Notes: a model not told the origin generated them from the sequence alone. 63,672 nucleotides of DNA, filler included, from Rhabdomonas costata (GCA_019059605.1; 48 parts of 48 records of this genome joined end to end with filler, not necessarily neighbours in it); one strand, 5' to 3'. Counted from the whole stretch's first letter, positions 37,706-50,865 are shown. Numbers and translations: made by a program.

Positions 37706-39076
37706 GTTTTTTTGTCGGTGACCCCTTCCTTGTGCGTGTGGGTGGTTGCGTTTCTGCTTTTCTTTGCACTGTCCTTCAGCATCGCGAAAGCGAGTTTAGC
37801 CGGAGCTGATTTTTCTTTTCTCTCACGAATGGTTTTGGAGGGTCACTCACTGCGGTATAATCCCGGCCTGACCTGACGATAGGCTTGAAACTCCTGTGAG
37901 TAACTGCGTATATCAATTATTACCTGTGGTTATTCTGCATGCACGCCATGGGGACGAGCGGGTTTTCTGATGTGCTTTGCGGTCGTCTGACGTCACCTCG
38001 ATGGCCTATGGCTGCTCTCGAGCTCTGCAGTTTTAATTTGTGGGCTTTTGAAACAGGAGCGCCATGCGCAGTGCAGTGCCGACCTGCTGCTCTCTCAGCA
38101 AAGCCTGGCCGATGCCCAGCACAGCCTGGTGCACCAGGAAGAGGTGCCTGCTTTCCCTGCTTCGATGTCGCTCTGGACTTAGAAAGAGAATTCGAATAAA
38201 TATGAAAGATTAGTATGAGAAGACACACGGATGATAAAAAAAGGAACAGAAAAATCAGCGGAATGTCAACTAATTGCAGGAGATGCGAGACTCCGTTGGC
38301 CTCTTTTTACAGCTGCAAAGGCTCCGGTTCCCGCAGCCTTCCCCGCAGACTGCCTGGGAGGGCCTGCCAGAGCCTGCCAATTCCAGCGTCTCTGTCCAGC
38401 TGCTACTCCTGAAGGTTGTCCACACCCCACCCNNNNNNNNNNNNNNNNNNNNNNNNNNNNNNNNNNNNNNNNNNNNTTAATTAATTAANNNNNNNNNNNN
38501 NNNNNNNNNNNNNNNNNNNNNNNNNNNNNNNNGGGGGTGGTGGCTCGAAGGGTACTGAGAGACCCGACAGTAGGGGTTCTTTGCTGGTCGTGAGGTCGCT
38601 ACGCTCCCTAGTATCCCTCTGGGCAGTACTGTGGGTACTTTGCCCTGAGTGGTTCAGAGCTTTGGGGTGGGTCCCACAAAAAATGGTGCTCTTTTTTCCT
38701 CTAAGACAGGGCTTGCTTATTTAGAACAGGTCTTTGCTGCCCGAATGACATTCTAAAGGTGTAATGGGAACTCGTGGGATGATTTTTTTTAGAAGTGTCA
38801 GTCATTCCTCAATTGGGCACGGGCCTGCGCGATGTGGAAAGGGCAAACTCCTTGGGTACTAATGTGTGAAGTGGTCCTGAGCTGACATGTCGTGTGGTTA
38901 GATGTTGGGTTCAATGTGTTGTTCTCCGGGATGCCCCGAACGCAGCCAGCTCGTTGGTGTCCATTGGAAGGGCAACATCACGTTCTGGTTCATTGCTCTT
39001 CCTCAGAGACTGTTGTTTTCCGACTGTATTCTACAATAGCATTGCCTGGCAGGCGCGGTCAGTGTCAATATCAACC

Positions 39077-39760
39077 ATGTCGGCTGAAATCACTTCAAAG
39101 GAAGAGAAGACGTTGAAAGCGGGCATTGAAGCTGTCGTGTACGGCCTGCCTCTGGTAATTATGGATCTCACGAAAGGCAAACTGACCTACACTGTCAAGC
39201 CCGAGGCCTTCGCTGCCCCAGTGAATCAGTTTGCGCACGTCCGTGCCTTCCCGGATGCCTCCTTTAAGGACGTTGTGCGCCCCAACGTCGACACGCTTTA
39301 CTCGGTCGCTTTTCTTGACCTCTTCCCGGAGCCCATTGTGCTTTCCGTGCCCGATACTCACGGGCGCTACTACCTGATGCCGATGCTTGACGCGTGGACC
39401 AACATCTTCGCCTCCCCGGGTTCGCGCACCACGGGGACCAAGGAAGGTCATTTCGCAATCACTGGCCCCAATTGGTCCGGCACGCTGCCTGAGGGCGTGA
39501 CACAGCTTAAGTCACCAACAAACATGGTGTGGGTCATTGGACGCACGCAAACGAACGGTCCGGAGGATTTCGCAGCTGTTCACAAGATTCAGGACGGCTA
39601 CAAGCTCACGCCCCTGTCGGCGTTCCGCAAACCCTACACCCCTCCCGCTGGTTCACTTGACCCTGCTGTGGACGCCAAGACACCACCCGTCGACCAACTT
39701 CTCAAAATGACCGCAGAGACCTTCTTCGGCCGCCTTGCGATGCTGTTGAAGTTTAACCCT
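39077..39760 (+). CDS. DUF1254 (DUF1254/DUF1214-family) protein, 3'-truncated
   Basis: EAVVYGLPLVIM, PVNQFAH, DVVRPNVDTLYS, EPIVLSVPD..GRYY.M.MLDAWTN and GSRTTG...F.ITGP.W.G are characteristic DUF1254 motifs. The fragment is intronless. Confidence 0.9.
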
Positions 39761-40267
39761 NNNNNNNNNNNNNNNNNNNNNNNNNNNNNNNNNNNNNNNN
39801 NNNNTTAATTAATTAANNNNNNNNNNNNNNNNNNNNNNNNNNNNNNNNNNNNNNNNNNNNTTTGTGTGTGAAAACCAACAAACGGGTCGCCGCCCTCCTT
39901 CTGTGCTCAGGTATTATGCCAGGACTGCCGGTACGTATGGTCAGTGTGCCACCTGTTGGGCAGCGGAGCCTGCCTCGACTCCCGGGAAGATGTCCCCCTG
40001 CCGCTTTGGCAGGGGGTTCTGCGCAACCACAGTCCCACTCTGGATCTGTGGATGGTGTCTGCGGAATGCCGCCGGAATGCCTCAGACACTGGTTTCCCAA
40101 ATCTTTCGTGTGCAACCCCTAATGTGACGGCCTTGGCCACGAAAACTTTTCGACTAAAGGTACGTTTTTTGTGCATAGATGAACTCTGGTAGCCAGCTCG
40201 AGTTGTCAAGCTGTTTTCTCGGGTCTACTTAGTTCCTGCTCGCATGCCTGAGGATTGCATTGGGGAA

Positions 40268-40565
40268 GGGAGGGCGTTAAATGTTTAACGGCATTTATCG
40301 GGCGGATGGGAGCGGACGTGCCGTATGGGGTGGGGGTTAATGCAAAACTTTTGGTGTTTAACGTTGTTAAGCGTTTATTGTCGTGTTTCGGGGAAGTTCT
40401 TTTCCGAGCACGTGGGTTACGTACAGTGTGCCTAGTGTGCCTGTACTGGATGCTATTTTCCCGAAAGGGGGTTACGTATACTGCTGCACTGCCCCTAGAT
40501 GCCGATAAGTTTTTTAAAAAAAAATCGACCGTTAAGGTTGTTAAACGTTTAACGCCCCCCCCCCC
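40268..40565. mobile_element. MITE-like element of about 300 bp with imperfect terminal inverted repeats
   Basis: Left end GGGAGGGCGTTAAATGTTTAAC; the right end reverse-complements to GGGGGGGCGTTAAACGTTTAAC. Internal GTTTAACGTTGTTAAGC is shared with 57-73. Confidence 0.6.
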
Positions 40566-40925
40566 AATTACAACAACTCCCATTACCTGCCATGATATTG
40601 GTTTTTTTAACGCTACTAGGTTTCCGTGAGCTCATCAGACTGCTACGGGGCAACAAGCACGACCGTGAGTTTTTCACGCCTCCCTGATCCGTTGCGTGAG
40701 GTTGTCAGTGACAAACGGCTAGATCACCTCAGCACCTCGCTTCAATTAAAGAAGCGGGTCGTCCCCGATACCAGCAAATCTGAGCTCGGAACAAAAACCA
40801 ATGGCGGAAGAAAGCCGCGCCCATCCAAAAGAAGACAAGTGTCTCCGATTCCAATTCCAAATATCACAATGACGCCCAAATCTACCAAGACCTCCAATGA
40901 ACTCTGGCAGCCGAACCCCAAACCA

Positions 40926-41075
40926 GAGGCTTCATCGGTGTCGAGCGGCAGCCAGAGCTCCTCGGAGACGCTTTCCTCTAGAAGCAGCAGCAGTGCAAGC
41001 TCGGAGGCTTCATCGGTGTCGGGCAGCAGCAAAAGCTCTTCGGAGAGGCTTTCCTCGAACACCAGCAGCAGCAAT
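40926..41075 (+). repeat. Two tandem copies of a 78-bp unit encoding Ser-rich EASSVS..S.SSSE.LSS..SSS (within ORF 40626-41088)
   Basis: GAGGCTTCATCGGTGTCG... begins near 40926 and again near 41004. Confidence 0.8.
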
Positions 41076-42685
41076 AGCCACAACACCCNNNNNNNNNNNN
41101 NNNNNNNNNNNNNNNNNNNNNNNNNNNNNNNNTTAATTAATTAANNNNNNNNNNNNNNNNNNNNNNNNNNNNNNNNNNNNNNNNNNNNTGTTTGTGTGAA
41201 GCTGCGCTTGCTCCTCCATGTCTGGCTGTTTCTCGTAGCTCAAATGTTTTGACTACTTGCTTTGAATTCGTACATCCTGAAGGCAAATGCTAAAGCTAGT
41301 AGAATCTAAGCAGGATAAGAGCGCCGAACAAGTGGCGTCGTTTCTTTCCACTGCGCAGATTCTTGGTTTGTGACTTTCAATCCAGAAACCCTCCGCCATG
41401 AGGGAGAGATTTCGTCAGATTTCGTCCCTGCGCAGCTGATTGCCAACAGGCAAAGTTTCGTAACAAAAATGAAAGGCTAGTCTGGGAGCATGCCGTTGGC
41501 AGGGTCTTCCAACGTTCGCTGGGCAAGAAAACACGCCCAGCAACAGTCTCAGTTTCCTCATCACCTTCAGATTCCGATGTTCCTGAAAAGGGCAGGTTAA
41601 CAGCTTTCCCCCAAACTTCCGCCTCCAGGTCGTCATCGTCATCTTTCTGCATCGCTTCGGAAGATGTCGTCGAGCTGTGCTTCTGAGATGGAGTGTTGCG
41701 GGCTTTCGAAACAAGTCGAAAAACCTCGGCTTCCTCGCGAGTGAGCTGAAAAATGAAGTTTCGCATGTCACAGATTGCACAAGAAAACACTTTCTCTGTT
41801 CAGATGGCACTGACATGACTGGAAGTCCACTCAAATTCATACAAACGAAATGGCACACACAAAGTAATAAGAGCAATAAATGATGTCTATCAATTATTGA
41901 TCCAACATTTCCATTCTCTCAAAGACGAAGAGGATCTTCTTTCACTGGCACGGAGGTAGCCATCCTTGACATTTTTGACGATCCATTATTTTCTTCACAA
42001 AAACATCTGGAATTGCTCCGTTATTATGGTACATAGTCAAATGAAACAAACAGACCGACCAGAATGGACCATGAGCGCAGCAGCGCATTCAAGCAACGCA
42101 AGCATTGAACTCTGAAGTCGAAGCAAGACAATGAGAGCTTGTGGTCTATGTGGGTGTGCTCATAGGTCCATTCAATTCAATTTCAAAAGCAATTCAAAGT
42201 CCAATCCTAACAGCAACGACAGCTTCCTTACTTCTGTCTTTCCTTTCGTCCGCTGTTGCGCTTTGCTGTCCCCCAATCCCTGACACAATTCCTCGTTTCC
42301 TTCAGTGTTACCCATTGCCCACCCCAAATATTTTCCCAACTGCTCACCACGGAGGGCTAACTACTGCTCATCCTCCAGGAATTCCACCATTTTCCTTCCA
42401 TCGTCAAAACCCAACNNNNNNNNNNNNNNNNNNNNNNNNNNNNNNNNNNNNNNNNNNNNTTAATTAATTAANNNNNNNNNNNNNNNNNNNNNNNNNNNNN
42501 NNNNNNNNNNNNNNNAACGGTTTCCAACGAAGCCCACACATGCCCAATGGTGTGGTGATGGTGGGACGCAGCAATTCGGGTGGGTCCGGGGGTGATGAGG
42601 AGCCCAGTCCAAGTTGTCAGACTGCCGGACTGTTATTGCAGAGTTGGTTTGGATGAAGGAAAGGCCTGATCTGTGTTGCGTGCAG

Positions 42686-43175
42686 GTTACAGGGCGTAGA
42701 GTGGCTGCCGGAGCTGGACGACGAGGAGCGGGCGCAGTACGAGCAGCTCGAGGAGGTCCTGCCGCTTCACGACCTGGTGTTCTTTCGCAAGCTGGCTTAT
42801 ACCGAGCTGAGGATCGAGGAGGCCCAGTATCTCGCTCAGCGCAGGCTGATTTCGCAGGCCGCCGCCGCTGCTGCTGCTGCTGCCGCGGCGGCATCCTCCT
42901 CTTCGACCACCTCCTTGCCTGTGGCTACGGCATCAACGTCCTCGGCATCCCTGCGACCCTCTGGGACCCAGAGCCCAGAGCCAGGCGTGCCTCCGCTTCC
43001 TCCGCTGACTCTCGCGGAGGGGAGCCAGGAGCTCCTCCCCGCTGCTGCTGGGCCCACCCCCACCGCACCCCCACCGCGGCCGCAGAGCTGGTGGGACTGG
43101 ATGGTAGGCAGACTCCCAGAGGACGGGGAGCAGCTGATGGAGGCGGAAAACCTCGTCCTGCCCCAGAACTGGACG
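42686..43175 (+). CDS. VPS13: VPS13-family protein exon (N-terminal region)
   Basis: EERAQYEQLEEVLPLHDLVFFRKLAYTEL...QSWWDWMVG matches the VPS13 pattern LExxLxxxxIxxFRxLA...W..W. Boundaries are TGCAG| and ACG|GTATGC. Confidence 0.7.
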
Positions 43176-43863
43176 GTATGCCCCCGCACTGTTTGTTTCA
43201 CACGCATTTGTTGGGCACAACCGTACAAAATGTGGGTTCCTGGTTCGTTTGAAGCAATGATCTTTTGCACCCATTTCCCTCCAAGCGTTAGTTCAGGGTG
43301 ATTGTTACCTGACTGAAGGGCTAATTGCGTCACTGGTGCTGCCTTCTCACACATTGGCCGGGCTTGGATTTCACGTGTAGTTCTTTGACATGTACGTTGA
43401 CGTGACACAATCAAATCGCCGGTAGAGCCTTCACACGCCCCCACAGCTACCTTCCTAGAGGGGAGCGTCTCATTACAGGAGCAGGAAAGGCTGCAGCTCT
43501 ACGCAGAGATTGGGGTGGACACGGAGGAAGCCAGCAGCTCGCTGGGGGCCTCGGGAGCGGCATTGGGCGAGGGCGAGGATCTTCCTCGGGACTACGTGGA
43601 CATGCGCTTTCACTTCCACCTCCAGAGCGGGTGCGCAGGATCCTCTGATTTTGTAGGACCTGATTCAGCTGAAAAAATATTGTGAACATTTGGGTTTGAA
43701 TAACGCATGGAAGCACCAAACAACCACACACACCCACCACNNNNNNNNNNNNNNNNNNNNNNNNNNNNNNNNNNNNNNNNNNNNTTAATTAATTAANNNN
43801 NNNNNNNNNNNNNNNNNNNNNNNNNNNNNNNNNNNNNNNNTTTCCGATTTGCGGTGAAAAAAA

Positions 43864-43917
43864 CCCTAACCCTAACCCTAACCCTAACCCTAACCCTAAC
43901 CCTAACCCTAACCCTAA
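43864..43917. repeat. (CCCTAA)9 telomeric-type repeat
   Basis: Nine perfect units, starting 23 nt inside the contig start. Confidence 0.95.
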
Positions 43918-44412
43918 GCCACCCCTGACGGTTTTATGACGGCCTCCATCGGCGTCCGACCCCATACAGCGTCGGCTAGCGGTATCTAAGTGGCATCTAA
44001 AGACATCTAAGTTGGTTGCACCCCGAAATGGAGAACTGAGTCTGTAACGTTTTGAACTGAAGTCTTTTTGCGTGTTTTTGTGCCGCTGGGCTTGGGTAGC
44101 GCATGCTGTCTCTTCGTGATAACGCAAGGTTGTAAACTCTCGATTTACGGTGTACCCTGCTTTAACTGGGTATGCAACGGTGGTCAACGGAATCTAAAGT
44201 TCATCAACCGGTATCTGAACTGGGCATCTTACGTCGCTTAGCGGGTTCTAAGCGGCGCCTAATGACATCTAACATCTGAAGGCATCCGACTTTGCTTCAA
44301 GCACTATCCAACTGTACACATGCTCCATGGTGTTCTCCACGTAAACGTGTTAACATCGTGACATCATGACAGAATGCATACCAACTCGTGTTCTTACCTC
44401 CTTTCCTTCCAG

Positions 44413-44723
44413 AGGATCCCCTCCCTACCACGGAGCCGAGCCCCGAGGTGGACCCCTTCTGGGCCCACCTGCGGGATGCCCTGGACGAGGTCCAGCACAG
44501 CCACCCTGGCGGGGCCCGGCCCCGGGCCTGTGACAACTGCGGGGTGGTTGGGGTGGTGCCCCGCCGGTGTGGAGTGTGTGGGCAAGCCTTCTTCTGTGGG
44601 CCGCGGTGTGAGGCGGAGTACGCCCCGTTCCACGCGCGGTGGTGCCGCAGGAATGACTTCGCGGATGCCGTGGAGGATGCAGACCCGGAGTTTGCACGAT
44701 GGATGCGGGCCCATGGGAAGCAG
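44413..44723 (+). CDS. MYND-type zinc finger protein exon
   Basis: CDNC...RRCGVC..AFFCGPRC......HARWC. Boundaries are TTCCAG| and CAG|GTTTTG. Confidence 0.8.
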
Positions 44724-46626
44724 GTTTTGCACTTTTTTGCATCGCATTTTTGGTCCTGCCAATTATTTCCCAGCCTTGCAGGCCAATGCAGACCAATGCC
44801 CTCCTCCCGGCCCTACCGCGACCCAGTTGAGGGGGGAGGGGGAGGGGTGTGGTGGCAACGATCACCGCCGCAAAATGATTTTTTTTAAGTGGATCCGTGG
44901 AGCGAAGATTTAGGTGCTTATTATGAGAGGTATTTTCAGGGATGTCAACCCCTATAACCCTCAACCTAAAAGAAACTTTATCGAAGCACACGAAAAATCC
45001 CAAGAATCGAAAATTTCTTCCCAAACACCGGGAAAGTGGTCAACCCGACTTCCCCAGGAGAGGGGTTTTTCNNNNNNNNNNNNNNNNNNNNNNNNNNNNN
45101 NNNNNNNNNNNNNNNTTAATTAATTAANNNNNNNNNNNNNNNNNNNNNNNNNNNNNNNNNNNNNNNNNNNNGGTGGTTTTGATTTGGAATTCTTAACAAA
45201 AAAGGTACCGGTCTTTTGATGTGGGTGAGGTGGATAGGGTGGTAGGGTGTTTGTGAATGGGACTGCAGAGCTGTTGTGCTGCTGTGCACGGAGCTGGGCG
45301 TGGAGGGCCTTCCCACTGCCCGTGGTTGGGCAGTTCGTGGCCCTTGTGCAGGACCTCTCACGCTGCTGGCCGGATGGGGCTGCCCTGCCGGGCCAATGCC
45401 CTCCCCCTTCGGCGGAGTCAGATGGGCTCTTTGGGCCCTGGACTGAGTTGGTGTGCCGCGGTGGCCGTTTGCTGAGCGGAGGAGATAAGGGTTCTGAGCC
45501 GCTATCTTTTTTTGACAAGAAAGGACCCGCTGATGCTTCGTGTGGCACCTGATTCAAGATTTACCACGTTTTTATTTCGTCCGATTTGCTCAATTGTCTG
45601 TCGAAAACTAGGGCCCATTGTCATGTAACAAGAATAGTGCAATCGAGTGACAGAATTCTTGAAGCACACATCTTTTGCCAGCGGGAGTTTCTTCATGTTG
45701 AGCGAGCGTCATAGGAATACTGTTCTGTACCCTCTCAGATCTCGTTCCTGGGGCTGTTTTTCCCCGTCTTGGAGCCCACCTCCCTATGGGTTGGCCTGGT
45801 CTCCGCGCTGTGGCGGCTAGGCTTTCGCACGGAGTTGACGTATTGACTTGATGGCTGCTTTTGGGGTTGCAAGGGATATTTTTTCGCTGCTTTTACCAGG
45901 TTGAGTTTTCTTTGAAATTATGGGTGGGGTTGGAGTTGATTCCTGGGTGATTCCTGGTGGGGTTGGAGGGAACAGATTTATATGGTCATGGTCATGGTTT
46001 CCTCTCTGCTGGTTTCTCTTTGCTTTTGTGTTTTTTTAAGGTTGCACCGCCTTCTCGTGAGCCCGACCTATGCCGTTACGCTGACTCCGGAGGAGTACCA
46101 ACAGATCTTCAGGTACGCTTTACATTGTCACTCATACTGTGTTCTTTCTCTCTATTGTTTTTTGAAACTGCTGAGCAAGATATAGTGCGACCGTCAGTCC
46201 TCTTGTATTCAGACTACCACTTCCGGCTTTCTTTTAAATGAATTTTGTGTCGTTTGAGTGACTCCGAGTGTAGTTTTAAACCCATATATCAGGCGTGCAT
46301 GTGAACCGCACTTCTTCCCCTGCACGGGTATGAGGCGAGAGACCACCATAAGAAATGCAGTTCACATGCACGCCTGATATATGGGTTTAAAACCACACCN
46401 NNNNNNNNNNNNNNNNNNNNNNNNNNNNNNNNNNNNNNNNNNNTTAATTAATTAANNNNNNNNNNNNNNNNNNNNNNNNNNNNNNNNNNNNNNNNNNNNT
46501 TGTTTTGTGACAACGAGAAATGGAGAAAGAGAGAGAGAGAGAGGTGTTTTTCGGGTTGCTTGTAGCATCGCTTTTTTTCGCCTCCTTTTTTGTTCTAAAC
46601 CCTCCCTCCCTCCCTCCCTGGGGCAA

Positions 46627-46746
46627 ATGGTCTGTACGCAGCCTCCGCATTGTTGGATGAGTGCCCGGATGGACGGGAAGGTTGTCATAGTGACCGGTGC
46701 CAACTCTGGGATGGGGAAGCAGACTACCTTGGCGCTGTACGGAGCG
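46627..46746 (+). CDS. Short-chain dehydrogenase/reductase (retinol dehydrogenase-like), first exon
   Basis: MDGKVVIVTGANSGMGKQT contains the TGxxxGxG Rossmann motif. The donor is GCG|GTGTGT. Confidence 0.85.
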
Positions 46747-48242
46747 GTGTGTGCTTCAACGCTTTGCTCGCGCTTGCTTGGGATCAAAATGGCTGTGGGG
46801 GGGCGGGGCCCAAACTCCTTTGGCGCTCCGCTGCTTGGGTAATGTGCCCGCACTCCGTAGCTAAGACAAAAATCCCGTACTCAATGTGGTGTAAAGGTGT
46901 TTAGGTGTTTAGGGAACCCCAAAAAAAACAGAGAGCAGAAATTAGGAGCAAGCAATGTCAGGGTTTTGCTTCTGCATCTTGGATGCTCCCCGTCTCTGAG
47001 ACCCTCCCCCTTCACAATGTAAGTTCGGTGACCTTCTTCCACCACAGCTTCAGTGGGGTGTCTTATTGTTGTGCTCAATGTCCTACGGAGGAGTGGGGCC
47101 GTCTTCTCACGTTTCCCTGCATTGGCTCTGCATTGCTCACGGTTTGTGTGCGGCGAATGTGCTCACACAACGCCGCACCCCCAAAATACTCCTTTTTTCT
47201 CAACTGATGCATTTGGGAGGGGAGTTTTTACGGTTTAACAGGGGGTTGTATATGTGAGACCTCAATTTGGTATTGCTCAGCTATTCCTCGGTATTTGTGC
47301 TGGTTAGAGGGGGGACATCGGTGGCTCTACCTCGGAAGGGCGATGAACGGTTCCCAAGAAATTGCATATTAATGGGAGGGGCGCAGGCCAGCGACCCTTC
47401 CCTCCCCCTCCAAAAATCCATCGCTCCGGATGGATTTTGGGAGGGGGAGGGGATTCATCGCTGGTCCATCGCTCCGGGTGGGCTTGAATGCATGCCGCAA
47501 GACTTCAATTTGTTCCCATGTTGCCGGTGCGTTGCGTTGCTTTGCGGTTGCGCATGCTAACCTCCACAGCGGCGTCTGCCTCTCAGCTTGACTGACACCT
47601 CTGCGTTTACTATGTCTGTTGTTTGTTTGTGTATGTGTGTGTGATTTTGTATGATTTTGTGGGAGAGAGGTATGCCTTTCTCAGTCATCATCTCGCCACA
47701 AAATCATACAAAATCACACACACAACANNNNNNNNNNNNNNNNNNNNNNNNNNNNNNNNNNNNNNNNNNNNTTAATTAATTAANNNNNNNNNNNNNNNNN
47801 NNNNNNNNNNNNNNNNNNNNNNNNNNNGGTTTTGGTGACAACGTGTCACAGTCACACGAAATGACAATCCACATGCACCGTTCTACAACTTCTCCACGTC
47901 CAGTTTCAGTTGTGGTGCAGTGCATGTGGATTGTCATTTCGTGTGACTGTGACACGTTGTCACTAAAAACCCGGAAAACCTAGTTCTAACCAGAACGGTT
48001 CCGTACAGTTTTTCCCGAGTAAACTCTTAGTGCGTAAGTGCGTAGCGAACAAGCCTGGTTCTACGCATAGTGGTGTCCATTTCCCCCGCTGGTGTGATCG
48101 ATGTGCCCATTGCCACCTTTGATGTCGTACCAGGAAGACTGAATCCAAAGAACCGAAGAAGCAGCATACCGATAGAACGTATACAAGAGGACGGGGAGCG
48201 TAGCGACGAGGATGTAAGGCATCTTCTTTCTTCAACCAAGGA

Positions 48243-48790
48243 GGAACGAGCGTAGAGAGTGACGACCTGGAGACATGATTACGAGCATAGCGAGTATGAA
48301 TGTCGACCAGTGAACATGAGCGTAGCGAATGTGAACCGGTAACGTGATCAAAACGTGTACAAAACGAAGACAGGAACGACCAACGGTAGTGAATGTCGAG
48401 TGTGAACCGTATTACCATGGCTAATGAGGAACATGAGACACGAACGAAGTTAGAGTAGAGTGTGACCAAGTGGGAACGAGCGTTGCGAGTGACGACCTGG
48501 AGACATGATTACGAACGTAGTGAGTATGAATGTCGACTATGATGGAGGAACGCAGTGACTACCGGCAGAGTAATACCAGAGGAACATGAGCGTAGCGATT
48601 GTGACGACTAAGAGGAACATGAACAAGGGACACGAGCAACGCGAGAGTCGAGTGTGACGTCGGAGGAACATGAACAGGAGCGAAGGCACTGAGCGAGTGT
48701 GAATGTGACGTCGGAGGAACAGGAGAGAGCATTGCGACCGAGTGTGACGACTCAACAAGTGAACAGGAGATAGGAACAGGAGCGCTGCGA
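48243..48790. repeat. Degenerate purine-rich minisatellite region, including a 65-bp direct repeat (48243-48307, 48473-48537) and recurring GAGGAACATGA
   Basis: Directly visible. Confidence 0.8.
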
Positions 48791-49285
48791 GCGTGAGTGT
48801 GAAGTTTGAGCCTTCAAAGTAACCAACGTGACCAACAGAACATACGCACCATACGCACCTCACCTTCAACACCGCCGCACCCACCGTCCCTCAGACCATC
48901 GCATCGCACACACCCTCCAACCCTCCACCCTGAACCCTCACCCTCCGACACCACACCCTACGCTTCGACCCACACCACTAGCAACCAACACCCTCGACCA
49001 TCGATCCACCATACTCGACCCACCCACCGACAGAAACGCGAACACCGTGACCGGGNNNNNNNNNNNNNNNNNNNNNNNNNNNNNNNNNNNNNNNNNNNNT
49101 TAATTAATTAANNNNNNNNNNNNNNNNNNNNNNNNNNNNNNNNNNNNNNNNNNNNGGGTGGAGGTTCATACTGTGTGTGGTGCGATTGTTGAGTGGAGTA
49201 AGCGATAGGGAAGGGTTATTTTATTGTCCTTTTCGAATTGCTATTGGCCAGGATTGATAATCCGTTTTTTGTCACGCACGTGCAG

Positions 49286-49398
49286 AGTTCCGGAGGAACG
49301 CCCGCCACGGCCACGGCCGGGCCAGCATGAAGAAGACCGCGGAGGACGAGCCTCTGGATCACGGGCGTGCCCTGCCCTCTACCCTGCACGACGCCAAG
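49286..49398 (+). CDS. Exon with a MORN-repeat-like motif
   Basis: TGCAG| xFRRNARHGHGR... AAG|GTCTGC resembles the MORN consensus GxFxxxxxHGxG. Confidence 0.4.
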
Positions 49399-50865
49399 GT
49401 CTGCCTTTTGGTTCTCTTACTTCCGCGTCATGGTGGTTTTTTTGGGTGTGGGGGAAAGGGAGTGATATATTTTGCTGTGGGAACGGCGAGGTTCCACAAA
49501 CCTTAGTACCAAAATATCGCCGGGAACATTTTTAATTTATGAACCATGTGCTTTGCCATGGCCACTTTCCCGCTTAAATAGCGATTTGGAGGGTGTAAAA
49601 TTTTGAGAGCGTTTTTCTGTAGTAATGCCATCCAATGCACAGTGGAGTGTGGGCGGCGTTTCTGAACTTTTGCGAACTGTGGAATCCTTTAATTGTGGAC
49701 ACAGTATCATGCATAACGGCGTGGTATCTTGAGAGCAGTTTGCAGAATTGAGCTTTTCTTGCTCAATGATTATATCTTACCAGCTCACCCTTTGTGTATG
49801 CCATCATGCGTCTCATAAAACTTTTTTGATTCACGAAATAAAAATGTCTATGACGATATATCAATGGTGGTTTTGTGACACGAACTTGCCTGTAAAAGGT
49901 GCCCGGCTGCAAGTCAGGCTGCTCATTTTTTATGGCTGAGATCTTCGCTGCGTGGCAATGGAAGAAGATCTCGACTGAAACACTTCGCTGAAATGCGAGA
50001 GAGCTGAAAAAGTGCACTGGCTGTCTCTTTCCCACGGGCGTAGTTATCTCAGGCATTAGCATCACTCTCGAGCACTGGATTAAGTTATTCTGAAGTATAG
50101 GTTGCGTGAACCACATATCTTATTTTCTCGAAACGTTGTGGTCCTTTGGTCCTTTGGTGCTTCTTCTGTGCATTTTTGCAATATCACAGTTGTTGTCTTC
50201 GAACTACGCAACCGCACCTTACACCATTGTGGCAGAGCCCCCCTAGTCATGTTTCCGGCAATAGCTCACCGCTGGTCTCTAGTAGTGCTGATATTTTTGA
50301 ACCCTGACATGTTCGCTGACAAAGAAGTTGCTTTTGTGTTCCACCGCGCATTACGTGGGCTTTTTGCATAATTCAAACCAACCNNNNNNNNNNNNNNNNN
50401 NNNNNNNNNNNNNNNNNNNNNNNNNNNTTAATTAATTAANNNNNNNNNNNNNNNNNNNNNNNNNNNNNNNNNNNNNNNNNNNNGTGGTCGGGGCGCGAGT
50501 CCACGGACCAGAGTATCCGGAAGCCTCAGGGTGGCACCTGCAAAGCCAGGCAGCGGAAAGGGGGGTGGTTCTTTGACGCGAGTGTCGCTTTTATATTCTC
50601 TAGATCACTTCGGGGCACCGCATGCCGAATGCTAGCAAATGACAATTCCATACGTTATTGAATGAATTCAGATTTACAACACAGACACACACACACAGGG
50701 GTGTAAAGTTGGCTCGAATCCATATCACGGTCTAACACGCTGGTCTCGATTAGGCGTTAGGATGAAGGCAACTCTGGCCCCACCCCAACCAGGACTTCCC
50801 CTGTGAAACATCGGGGCAGGTGCCTGGTTGCCGACATAAGTTGCCTCGGCGCGCTTAAATGGCCG

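Noticed and set aside
43789-44187. ORF with a GLGLGL repeat
   Set aside because: It is simply the translation of (TTAGGG)n.
47835-47963. miRNA or ncRNA hairpins (also 13293-13454, 46273-46393, 47634-47724)
   Set aside because: Perfect arms sit at contig ends with primer-like terminal mismatches, which amplification fold-backs explain better.
48243-48790. CRISPR-like array
   Set aside because: There are only two 65-bp copies plus irregular degenerate units, with no constant repeat/spacer periodicity, no cas genes, and a eukaryotic context.
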